DNA of 63,038 nucleotides, filler included. It is 5 parts of 5 records of this genome, joined end to end, with 100 filler letters (N's around TTAATTAATTAA, not from the genome) between each part and the next. Parts side by side here need not be neighbours in the genome. Positions count along the whole stretch, not along the records: positions 1 to 7,003 come from SRR2962707_2375; positions 7,104 to 23,950 come from SRR2962707_2376; 3 more parts are not named here. The stretch is one strand, 5' to 3'. The notes under the pieces are model-generated. The model was given only the letters and a program-made list of their open reading frames with translations, ran no database searches and was not told the origin of the DNA. A program made the translations under genes and the position numbers. This document shows positions 1 to 9,465 of this stretch, one piece after another. Numbering within the stretch: position 1 is the stretch's first letter; each line of letters begins with the position of its first letter.

Positions 1-2
1 AC

Positions 3-596
3 GAGATCTACGACAAGATCCTCTACGACGGTACCCAGCACACATCCATTGCCTCGATGGCGGACGATGTGCTGTTTTTCACTTACAACGGCCTGTCGAA
101 GAACTACCGGGCGGCTGGTTATCGTTCTGGTTGGATGATCATCAGCGGAGCCAAACACAAGGCCCGGGATCTGATCGAAGGCATCGACATGCTGTCGAAC
201 ATGCGCCTTTGCGCCAACGTACCGGCCCAGTTGGCGATCCAGACCTCTCTGGGCGGCTATCAGTCCATCAACGACCTGGTAGCACCGGGCGGTCGTCTGT
301 ACGAGCAGCGTGAGACCGCCTGGCGCATGCTGAATGACATTCCCGGGGTGAGCTGCGTCAAGCCCAAAGGGGCGCTGTACCTGTTTCCAAGACTGGACCC
401 AAAGCACTTCCCCGTAGTGAATGACGAGAAGCTGGTTCTGGATCTGCTGCTCCAGGAGAAAATACTTCTGGTTCAGGGCTCGGCCTTCAACATTGATGAC
501 AAGCAGCATCTCCGGGTTGTTTTCCTGCCCAGAGCGGACACGCTGTCGGATGCCATGGGCCGTCTGGGCAATTTCCTTGAACACTATCGCCAGTAA
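3..596 (+). CDS. alaA: PLP-dependent aminotransferase, AlaA-like (5' truncated at contig start)
   Basis: Frame open from position 3 (EIYDKILYDG); class I/II PLP-lysine motif NGLSKNYRAAGYRSGW; RLCANVPAQ and PKGALYLFP segments typical of AlaA/YfbQ. Confidence 0.8.
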   Translation, partial: EIYDKILYDGTQHTSIASMADDVLFFTYNGLSKNYRAAGYRSGWMIISGAKHKARDLIEGIDMLSNMRLCANVPAQLAIQTSLGGYQSINDLVAPGGRLYEQRETAWRMLNDIPGVSCVKPKGALYLFPRLDPKHFPVVNDEKLVLDLLLQEKILLVQGSAFNIDDKQHLRVVFLPRADTLSDAMGRLGNFLEHYRQ

Positions 597-608
597 ACCG
601 GAGTCAGT

Positions 609-1082
609 ATGGCCGACATTCATGTCGAGGAATTCTACAAGGACGTGGCAATCGCCCTGGTTCAGCTCTACATGTCGTTTCCCCGGCGGGTAAACCTGTT
701 CGTGGAGGATATCGCCGGGCCAGACGAGCCCGACGAATTCGGCCTGCACAGCAAGCGCCACATGGCCTGTTTCGGCGCCCTGCTCTGGCTATCCGAAGAA
801 GGCCTGCTCCGATACGTGGATACCATTCGCCAGGAAGCTCTGGATCAGGCGGTGCTGACCCGGGAGGCATTTGTTCGGCTCAGTGCCCCGGCCCCGCAGG
901 CGCTTCTGAGGGAACTGTCGGCGGCTTCAAACGAACCCGAATTGCCGCCTTCCGTTCAGAAGGACTTGTCCACCTATATTCATCTGCTGCGCTCCGCCCT
1001 GAAAAGCGGCAGTTCCAGCCGCATCAGTCTGGCGGTGCAATCAACCTTCTTTAACGATTCAGGCCTGCAACCCGTTCATTAA
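609..1082 (+). CDS. Conserved hypothetical protein (157 aa)
   Basis: ATG preceded by GGAG, 12 bp after the alaA stop; no catalytic motif recognised. Confidence 0.75.
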   Translation: MADIHVEEFYKDVAIALVQLYMSFPRRVNLFVEDIAGPDEPDEFGLHSKRHMACFGALLWLSEEGLLRYVDTIRQEALDQAVLTREAFVRLSAPAPQALLRELSAASNEPELPPSVQKDLSTYIHLLRSALKSGSSSRISLAVQSTFFNDSGLQPVH

Positions 1083-1096
1083 ATGGCGTTAAGGTT

Positions 1097-1124
1097 CTTG
1101 AACCGCTGAACCGGATCCACATAT
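1097..1124 (+). promoter_or_regulatory. Putative sigma-32 (RpoH) promoter of htpX
   Basis: CTTGAA-N14-CCACATAT versus consensus CTTGAA-N13-17-CCCCATNT; htpX is a known heat-shock gene. Confidence 0.7.
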
Positions 1125-1175
1125 ATCGGTCAGAAAGGCAATACGTTTCCCGGTAAGCTGATACAGGAAAAAACC

Positions 1176-2057
1176 ATGCGTATTCTGTTGTTTCTGGCCA
1201 CCAACCTGGCCGTTATTCTGGTTGCGAGTTTTACCCTGCGACTGCTGGGGGTCGATAGTTATCTGGCACAACAAGGCATCGACTACGGCTCGCTACTGGC
1301 GTTTGCGGCGGTGTTCGGCTTCGCTGGTGCGTTTATCTCGCTGTTCCTCTCCAAGCCCATGGCGAAGTGGAGCACCAAAGCCCGGGTGATCGACTCACCT
1401 CGCACGCCGGCGGAGCGCTGGCTGGTTGAAACCGTCGCGGAGCTGGCAAAGAAAGCCGGCATCGGCATGCCCGAAGTGGCGATCTTCCCTGCTCAGCAAT
1501 CCAATGCCTTTGCCACTGGATGGAATAAAAACGATTCTCTGGTGGCGGTCAGTGAGGGGTTGTTAAGCCGCTTTGACAAGGACGAAATCCGGGCCGTACT
1601 GGGCCATGAGATTGGCCATGTGGCCAATGGCGACATGGTGACTCTGACGCTGATCCAGGGCGTGGTAAACACCTTTGTTATCTTCGCCTCGCGGGTGATC
1701 GGCTCGTTCGTGGACCGGGTCATCTTCAAGAATGAGAACGGCCATGGTATCGGCTTTTTTGTCGTGAGCATCGTGGCAGAAATCGTGCTCGGCATCCTGG
1801 CCAGCACCATCGTGTTCTGGTTCTCCCGTCGTCGGGAATACCGTGCCGACATTGCCGGTGCCCAACTGGCAGGGCGAGGCGCCATGATCAGCGCCCTGGC
1901 GCACCTGAAAAAGGAAAGTGAGGTTCCGGATCAGATGCCGGACACCCTGCAGGCATTCGGTATCAACCGGGGCGCTCGCGAAGGTCTGGCAGCAATGTTC
2001 ATGACCCACCCGCCGCTGGAGGACCGAATTGCAGCGCTACAGAACGCCAAACTGTAA
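1176..2057 (+). CDS. htpX: Membrane zinc metalloprotease HtpX (M48)
   Basis: [14 protein letters not shown]-terminus, NAFATG, HEIGH zinc motif, [19 protein letters not shown]. Confidence 0.95.
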   Translation: MRILLFLATNLAVILVASFTLRLLGVDSYLAQQGIDYGSLLAFAAVFGFAGAFISLFLSKPMAKWSTKARVIDSPRTPAERWLVETVAELAKKAGIGMPEVAIFPAQQSNAFATGWNKNDSLVAVSEGLLSRFDKDEIRAVLGHEIGHVANGDMVTLTLIQGVVNTFVIFASRVIGSFVDRVIFKNENGHGIGFFVVSIVAEIVLGILASTIVFWFSRRREYRADIAGAQLAGRGAMISALAHLKKESEVPDQMPDTLQAFGINRGAREGLAAMFMTHPPLEDRIAALQNAKL

Positions 2058-2067
2058 TCACATGAAA

Positions 2068-2097
2068 AAGGGCGCCACACAGGCGCCCTTCTCTTTT
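2068..2097. terminator. Intrinsic terminator between convergent htpX and pdxB
   Basis: AAGGGCGCC-acaca-GGCGCCCTT hairpin with an A run before and a T-rich run after. Confidence 0.8.
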
Positions 2098-2119
2098 GAC
2101 GGGTAAGACACTCAGGGCG

Positions 2120-3274
2120 TCAGATCTTCAGTTTGAACCCGATGGCCCTGAAGCTGTCCTGAATCGACTTGCTGCTGCCCTTCAACTGCACTTTCAAACT
2201 CGAGCATTCCCTGCGCACCGGGTAGTCCCTGCGTAGCCTGTCAAAGGCCTGCGCTCGCTCTTCAGGATTACCCCGCATGGTCAGCCGCAGGCGGGCATCG
2301 TCCCGGCGGGGATCGTAACAGGCGCGCAAAGCAACCTGAACGGCCTCATCCTCATCAGCACTGCTGGTAAAGGACACTTTACTGAGGGCCGGCTCCGGCA
2401 GAAACTGTCCGGCTTTCTTGCGCACAGGCAGCCCCAGGTAACGGCACAGGGCCTGGTAGATCATCTCCGTGCCCTGCATCTTGCCTTCCAGGCTGTAGCC
2501 GGCAATGTGGGGCGTGGCCAGCCACACCCGGTCTAGCAGGTCCGGGTTGATTCTGGGCTCATGCTCCCAGACATCCAGCACCACCGTGGGCGCGTCCGCC
2601 TGCTGAAGCCGGGCAAGCAATGCCTCACCGTCTATCACCTCGCCCCGGCCGGCGTTGATCAACAACTGATCCTGCCCAAGCGCCGCGAGCTCGCTGCCCG
2701 CGATCATCCGGTTGGTGGGATGGTCTCCAGTTCGCGTCAACGGCGTGTGCAAGGTTACAACGTCACACTCCAGAGCCTCGGCCAGCGGCACAAACTCCTC
2801 TGCGTGCTCTTCTTCAGCTTTCTGCCTGGGCGGATCACAGAGCTTTACCGTGAAATCCAACCGCTCCAGCATTCGGGCCAACTCACCACCGACATTGCCC
2901 ACCCCGACAATTCCTACCGTCAGGGACGACCAGTCTTCAATACCCCGCTTTTCTGCGTACAGGGACAATACCGAGAGCACATACTCAGCCACACTGACGG
3001 CATTGCAGCCTGGCGCAGCGGCGAAACCGATGCCCTGTTCCTGGAGCCAGGCCTGGTCTATGTGGTCCGTTCCAATCGTGGCCGTGCCAACGAACCGCAC
3101 CCGGGCACCCTCCAGCAACTGCCGGTCAACCCGGGTTACCGAACGGACCAGAAGGATATCGGCTTCCCTTACCTGGTCCGGAGCCAACGTACGGCCATTC
3201 ACCCGACGAATCTCTCCGATGTCGCCAAAAAAGGAATCCAGTAAGGGTATATTCTCGTCCGCTACGATCAGCAT
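2120..3274 (-). CDS. pdxB: Erythronate-4-phosphate dehydrogenase
   Basis: MLIVADENIP start, LLVRSVT, GTATIGTDH, GVGNVG, LHTPL, LDVWEHEP, TPHIAGYS. Confidence 0.93.
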   Translation of the reverse strand: MLIVADENIPLLDSFFGDIGEIRRVNGRTLAPDQVREADILLVRSVTRVDRQLLEGARVRFVGTATIGTDHIDQAWLQEQGIGFAAAPGCNAVSVAEYVLSVLSLYAEKRGIEDWSSLTVGIVGVGNVGGELARMLERLDFTVKLCDPPRQKAEEEHAEEFVPLAEALECDVVTLHTPLTRTGDHPTNRMIAGSELAALGQDQLLINAGRGEVIDGEALLARLQQADAPTVVLDVWEHEPRINPDLLDRVWLATPHIAGYSLEGKMQGTEMIYQALCRYLGLPVRKKAGQFLPEPALSKVSFTSSADEDEAVQVALRACYDPRRDDARLRLTMRGNPEERAQAFDRLRRDYPVRRECSSLKVQLKGSSKSIQDSFRAIGFKLKI

Positions 3275-3297
3275 AACAGTGGTCTCACCAGTGGCTC

Positions 3298-4569
3298 TCA
3301 ATGACGACGTGGTCTGGGCCCGCGACCGCTGTTGCCCTGCGGCCGGCGGCCACCCCGCTTGCGGGTAATCGGCGGGTTATCCATGGCGGCTGTCAGATTC
3401 TCATCAGGCACCGCCGTCTTCAGCTTCTGGCTGATGTATTTCTCAATCTCCGGGAGCGCAAACGCGTCCTCTTCACCAGCGAAGCTCACCGATACGCCGG
3501 TTTTACCGGCACGGCCAGTACGACCAATGCGGTGAACGTAATCTTCGGCATTGTCTGGCAAATTGTAGTTGAATACATGGGTCACGCCGTTTACGTGGAT
3601 GCCACGGCCCGCCACATCGGTAGCAACCAGCACCTGGATCTGCCCCTTCTTGAACTGGTCTAGCGTTTTCAGCCGCTTGTTCTGGGCGATCTCGCCAGAC
3701 ATCAACGCCACTTTCACACCCTGGTTTTTAAGGTCCTCTTCAAGATCACGGCACTGGTCACGACGGTTGGCAAAAACAATCGCTTTCTCTACTTCCGGCC
3801 GCTTCAGGTAATTCACCAGTACCGGCAGCTTTTCGTTATCGGACACCAGGAAAACAGTCTGTTCAACTCGTTCTGCAGTCTTCTGTTCCGGCTCGATTTC
3901 GACAAACTCGGCATTGCGGGTCCACATGGATGCCAGGTTGAGGACATCCTGGTTGAAGGTGGCACTGAACAGCAGGGTCTGGCGCTCATCCTTGGGGGTA
4001 CACTTGCGGATGATGCGCTTGACGTCCGGGATAAAGCCCATATCGAGCATTCGATCCGCCTCATCCAGAATCAGGATGTCGAGCTGATCCAGAAAAACAT
4101 CCTGTGAGCCCAGGAAATCGATCAATCGGCCCGGGGTAGCCACCAGGATGTCGACAATTTCGTTCTGCAACTGCTCCCGCTGCTTGTCGTAGTTCATCCC
4201 GCCAACCACAGTAACCACATTGTGGCCAGTGTAATGACACAGCTGTTCGGCGTCCTTGGCAATCTGCATGGCCAGTTCGCGGGTGGGCGCCAGCGCCAGA
4301 ACACGGGGCTCGGAGGCAAAACGCTCTTTCTCGTCGATCGGAGTCTCCAGCAAAGACTGAATCGCGGTAATCAGAAAGGCTGCAGTCTTGCCGGTGCCCG
4401 TCTGAGCCTGACCAATGAGGTCTTCACAGGCCAGGGTCCAGGGCAGCGTTTCTGCCTGAATGGGCGTGCAGTACTCGAAGCCAATTTTGGAAATGGCATC
4501 CAGCAGTCGCTTGTCCAGGTTGAGGTCGCTGAAGCGTAAATCGCCGGTATGCTTTGGTTCTGATGTCAT
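3298..4569 (-). CDS. rhlB: DEAD-box RNA helicase, RhlB-like
   Basis: Q motif GFEYCTPIQ, AQTGTGKT, PTRELA, DEAD, SAT, HRIGRTGR; basic C-terminal tail. Confidence 0.85.
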   Translation of the reverse strand: MTSEPKHTGDLRFSDLNLDKRLLDAISKIGFEYCTPIQAETLPWTLACEDLIGQAQTGTGKTAAFLITAIQSLLETPIDEKERFASEPRVLALAPTRELAMQIAKDAEQLCHYTGHNVVTVVGGMNYDKQREQLQNEIVDILVATPGRLIDFLGSQDVFLDQLDILILDEADRMLDMGFIPDVKRIIRKCTPKDERQTLLFSATFNQDVLNLASMWTRNAEFVEIEPEQKTAERVEQTVFLVSDNEKLPVLVNYLKRPEVEKAIVFANRRDQCRDLEEDLKNQGVKVALMSGEIAQNKRLKTLDQFKKGQIQVLVATDVAGRGIHVNGVTHVFNYNLPDNAEDYVHRIGRTGRAGKTGVSVSFAGEEDAFALPEIEKYISQKLKTAVPDENLTAAMDNPPITRKRGGRRPQGNSGRGPRPRRH

Positions 4570-5156
4570 AGGGGTTCAGGTATCCTTGATTGATCGTATT
4601 CCTGCTCTGCAGTTAACAGACGGGTATTCAATTGAGCCCAGGTTTCATCTATCCGGGCACCAGTGCTGTAGAACTGCAGGAGCGAATCGTAGAACTGCTG
4701 TGCACGGCGGGGTAATCCACAGGCAAGATACTCGCTCGCATGGTTGAGCACATTCAGGCGGAATGCATCTCCATCGGCAGCGCCTCCGCCGGCGAGGTTG
4801 TCGACACTGATGTGAAAGCGGAAGCCGGCCGCCAGGGAAAACAGACACTCTATGGCCTGAGGTTTCACCTCCACCTGCTCAAACGCTTGCTGCTGTTCAG
4901 GTGTTCGTCCATCCGGACAGTACCAGTATCCGTAATCGTACATTGTGCGCCGATGCTCACCGGCAATGCACCAGTGGGCAATCTCGTGCAGGGCACTGGC
5001 AAAAAAACCATGGGCAAAGACTACCCTGGCAAGACCCTCGGGCTCGCTCACAGGGAGATATTCCGGTTCGTCGCTGCCCCTGACCAGAATCGTCCGGTAT
5101 GATTCCCGGAACAGGTCATTGAACAGCATGATAAGATCGTCTGGATTGTGATTCAT
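4566..5156 (-). CDS. epmC: Elongation factor P hydroxylase (YfcM/EpmC)
   Basis: EPEYLP, FAHGFFASALHEIAHWCIAG, DYGYWYCPDGR, FEQVEVKPQA; stop overlaps the rhlB ATG (ATGA). Confidence 0.9.
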   Translation of the reverse strand: MNHNPDDLIMLFNDLFRESYRTILVRGSDEPEYLPVSEPEGLARVVFAHGFFASALHEIAHWCIAGEHRRTMYDYGYWYCPDGRTPEQQQAFEQVEVKPQAIECLFSLAAGFRFHISVDNLAGGGAADGDAFRLNVLNHASEYLACGLPRRAQQFYDSLLQFYSTGARIDETWAQLNTRLLTAEQEYDQSRIPEPL

Positions 5157-5263
5157 CGGTTGGCTATTGTGCGACTTTAACGCGGCCAATACCAGTGGGA
5201 ACTTTCGCCACAGCATGGTGTCCACTGGCTTCGAACCGACTTCATGCATACCAGAATCAGGAA

Positions 5264-7003
5264 ATGACCGTATCCATGTCAGCAGTCCAGGCCTTCAGTG
5301 CTCCTACGCGAAATCTGTCCTACCATCTTCTGCTTGTGTTGGCAGTGGTACTGTCGCTGGCGTCTCCCGGAGTCAAGGCTCTGGGCTCCGGCAATGGCAG
5401 CCTGTTTGGTAACAGCGAATTTCTGCCGGTAGATGAAGCACTGCCCTTTGATTACACCACTGATAACGGGGCTGTGGTGCTGGCCTGGAATATTACCCCC
5501 GGCCATTACCTCTATAAAAGCCGCATACAGATCAATGCCGTAACTGATGGTGTACAGGTTGGCGAACCCGGCTTTTCTTTGCCGGGCACGCTGACTGAAG
5601 ACGAATTCTTTGGTGAGATCACCGTTTTTTTTGATCCGGTCCAGGCCAGGGTCCCCATCACCCTGCCCGACGGTGTCCGGGAAGCGGAGCTTCAGGTGAC
5701 GTACCAGGGCTGTGCAGAGGCCGGGCTTTGTTATCCCCCGCAGACCCGGGACATCCTCTATTACCCTGGTGGCGACGCTGCCGAGACCGCTGCCAACAGA
5801 GTGACCTCCGATACCGGAAATGCGGCGCCCGCAGATACCTCCACCGCGACCGGCCTCGCCGGCTTTCTGTCCAGCCAGTCGATCTGGATGATCGCCGGCG
5901 TATTCTTTTTGCTCGGTCTGGGGCTGACCTTTACGCCCTGCGTTCTGCCCATGGTACCCATCATCTCCTCCATGGTCTCCGGGCGTAATACAAGAACCAC
6001 CAGCCACGCATTATTGCTGTCTGGCAGCTATGTGCTGGGCATGGCATTAACCTACGCCGCGGCGGGTGTCATTACCGGCCTGCTGGGCGCCAGCTTCAAT
6101 CTCCAGGCGCAGCTACAGTCGCCCTGGGTGCTGAGTGTTTTCGCTGGCCTGTTCGTGGTCTTTGCGCTGTCGATGTTCGACTTGTTCGAAATCCAGCTAC
6201 CACGTTTTATTCGGGAACCCCTCAACGATGCCAGCCATCGCCTGACTGGTAGCCGTGTCGCCAGCATCTTCGGCATTGGTGCCCTTTCAGCACTTATTGT
6301 CTCGCCCTGCGTGTCTGCGCCACTGGCCGGCAGCTTGCTGTACATTTCCACCACTCAGGATGCCGTGATCGGCGGTGTGGCGCTGCTGGCACTGGGCCTG
6401 GGCATGGGAGTTCCCCTGATTCTGGTTGCCGTTGGCGGCCGGAAACTGCTGCCAAGCTCAGGGCACTGGATGACCACGGTGAAGCACTTCTACGGTGTCA
6501 TGCTGCTGGCCGTGGCTATCTGGCTGGTTGAGCGCCTGGTACCGGTCTGGTTCAGCCTGACCATGTGGGGGCTGCTGATTGCTATTACTGGCGTACAGCT
6601 GGGCGCATTCGATGCCGCCAAGGCTGGCTGGCAGCGCACCCGTAAGGGGCTGGGGCTAGTTATGTTTGCCTATGGCCTGGCCTTGCTGGCCGGTGCCGTC
6701 AGCGGCGCCAACGACCCGCTCAAGCCGCTGGCGCCCTTTGTCGCCTCCGCGGCGCCGGGACCAGTGGCGGGCGAGCTATCACATGCCAGCTTCCAGCGTG
6801 TTGAGGGTCCGAACCAGATCCGCACATTGCTGGCCAATGCCAGTGACCGGGGGCAGCCCGTCATGCTGGACTTCTATGCGGACTGGTGTATTTCCTGCAA
6901 AGTCATGGAACGCAATGTGTTCAGCGATCCCCAGGTCATCCAGGCACTGTCACCCTACACCCTGCTGCAGATTGACATGACGGACAACACGCCCGCCCAG
7001 CAG
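5264..7003 (+). CDS. dsbD: Thiol:disulfide interchange protein DsbD (3' truncated)
   Basis: QGCAEAGLCYPP (alpha), FTPCVLPM and SPCVSAP (TM domain), DFYADWCISC (thioredoxin); start position uncertain. Confidence 0.92.
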
Positions 7004-7103
7004 NNNNNNNNNNNNNNNNNNNNNNNNNNNNNNNNNNNNNNNNNNNNTTAATTAATTAANNNNNNNNNNNNNNNNNNNNNNNNNNNNNNNNNNNNNNNNN
7101 NNN
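7004..7103. other. Artificial contig linker
   Basis: 44 N + TTAATTAATTAA (stops in all frames) + 44 N. Confidence 0.98.
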
Positions 7104-7260
7104 CTCACTCCCTCACTCACTCACTCACCCACTGTTTCTCTCACTCTCGCTCGCTCGCTTGTCAATCAGCTTTCTTTCCTTCCTGGATGCCACAGTTGCT
7201 CGCTCGCTCGCTCGCTTGCTTGCTCGCTTGCTTGCTTGTTTTGTGTGCGTGCTTGCTTTC
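7104..7260. repeat. Tetranucleotide microsatellite tract (CTCA/CTCG/CTTG)n at start of the eukaryotic contig
   Basis: ctcactcactcac, tcgctcgctcgc and ttgcttgctt runs. Confidence 0.85.
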
Positions 7261-7680
7261 TCCCTTTCGTTCTGCATAAGACGACTGACAGTTTTTCTTT
7301 GCACTCACGTGATCCACTTTTCTTTCTTTCGGTCGGTGGCCGAGGAGGAGGACGACGAGAAGTAGAAATATTAGTTAGTAGAAGAAGAAGTAGGACCGAG
7401 CCTTCGTCATCAGTGAATTGAAGTGAAGAAGTGGGCGAGTCTTGATTGAGAGGCGTTCGTTGGTGTTCGTTGTTGTTAGAGGAGGTGGACGAGGCCTTCC
7501 CCGTCCGCTGCCCTCGTGTGACCCCAACACCTCTGTTTTTCTTGGCCTCTTTGTGTGCCGCTCCCTCCCTGTCTCCCGCTCTGATTCTTGCTGTCGAACA
7601 GAACAGGGCTGCGAGCAGGGCGGGCGGGCGGGCGGGCGGGCGGTGGGAGGGGCGGGTGGGGAGAAGGCGGCGCCGTCGTC

Positions 7681-9294
7681 ATGAAGGAGCAGTCTTCGAA
7701 CGAGCAGGCGCTCCTCGAGCCTACTTCGGAGCGAGCATCGCCCAGTTCTCACCTGTACGAGGACGTTGAGGACGACTTCACCAAGTCCACCGCCAAGAGC
7801 TACTGGTACCTGCAGCTGCTCGTGCTGTTTTTCCTCCTCCTGCACGTCTACACAGTGGTGATGCTTTGCTTGTGCCCACTGGGTTCCATCGGAAACTCGT
7901 CTGGGGCTGCTGGGCTGGGGGCGGATGGGTACGGCCAGTGCCTGCACGGAGGTATCGTGCCCACTCCATGGAGCGCCACATCGCTGCAGGGCTGGATCAA
8001 CATTACTTTGGATGTCTCGATGGACAACCCTGGCTGGTGGAAAGGCATCGTCGTGTTTGGCGTGTTTGTTGTGAGCCTCTTTTTCTTCGTTGGGTCCTAC
8101 ATGAAAGCGTCGTTTTCTGATCCTGGTTTTGTGATGCACCTGAGCAAGCACGAGGAGGTTCGGACTCGGGCCAATTTGTAAACTCTTGCTGGTGTACATG
8201 GTGTTGCTGCCTGTGGTGTTGTTAATCGATTTCATTGAACCTTCTTTGCAGGTGCTTGACGATCACAGTACTTATTGTGGGCTGTGCAACATTTATAAGC
8301 CACCCCGTTGCCATCACTGCAGCAGGTTGGTTGGCGCGTTAATGAGTTCAAAGCGTTTCGGTGATTTGTGTTGTGGGCAAATGAACCGCAGAGAGTGTAC
8401 CTAACAGTGCCGTTGTATTTGCTTGTGGTTGCTGCATGCTCAGGTGTGATCGCTGTGTCTTGAAAATGGACCATCATTGCATTTGGATCAATAACTGCGT
8501 CGGTTTGTACAATTATCGACACTTTTTTCAGCTTCTTTGCCACGGCATCATTGGGACGTCGCTAATTATCACTCTCATTACGTGGCGTCTGGTCCAAGTG
8601 CGTTTGTGCTGCACATTTCGTCGTGTGTGTTATGAGGTTCATGATATTGTTTTGACCAACGAAATCACCACGCCTACCCGTCACTGTTCCTTCGTCAAGA
8701 TTTATCTGCACCCCGCTGGACCATGGAGCTTGCCGGTGTGGCAATTTGTAATTCTGCTCATCGGGCTTTCGTTCGGAGTTGTTCAGGCAAGAATTAGACG
8801 ATGTTGTGTCTTATGTCCATTCCCGTTTTTTTGTGCTATGAACAACGGCTTTGGGTCTTTTGCCCACTCGCGTTGGTTTTCAACCCTGCCCAACCCCCCA
8901 CCGCCTGCCTTCCTGTGCGCAGCTTTTGGGAATTTGCTACCTGTTTCAGTTTCACGTGCGACTCGTGTCCAACGGACGAACCAACGTGGAGCAGGTTTTC
9001 GAGTATTGGAAGCAAGCAGACACGAACTACGATCAGGCTAGTGTGCGAATGGCTGCTTGCCATGCCATGCCATGATGCAGGTGGAGACTGTTGCTGTGGC
9101 CATTGTGAAGGTAATCCCGAGTCCCACTAACACCGCTGTGTCCATGGAACATGTTTCAAACACTTGCCTGCGAACAAAAGGGTTGCTCTAAAAACTGTGC
9201 CCTTGCGCTGGACTCTCCGGCGGTTTGTTGGTTAAATCCATGCTGTGGAATCACATCACAGTATGTACGACGTAATTTTGATGCCAGCCAATAG
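7681..9294 (+). CDS. DHHC palmitoyltransferase, 6 exons (7681-8157, 8252-8325, 8444-8597, 8700-8786, 8923-9036 or 9042, 9181-9294)
   Basis: Splicing restores [41 protein letters not shown], a TTxE-like motif NGRTNVE and a PaCCT-like NYDQ/GCSKN...WLNP; CTAAC branch-point-like sites in introns 2 and 5. Confidence 0.88.
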
Positions 9295-9465
9295 CTGTGA
9301 GTGGACACTGAATTGCGGTGGAAACTTGGAATTCGGGCCCTCAATATTTAAGTTTGCATCACTCACGCAATCATGTATCGTTGTTTTATAACACGGTGTA
9401 AAAATTTAAAAACATTGCTTTCGACGCGCGTGTCCGATCATACATGTTCACCATCCCGTGACACA

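Noticed and set aside
7048-7059. TTAATTAATTAA recurring four times as a biological repeat
   Set aside because: Always centred in 44+44 N; a synthetic six-frame stop linker
7588-9130. Fragmented DHHC ORFs as a pseudogene
   Set aside because: Introns with valid splice sites join them into an intact frame
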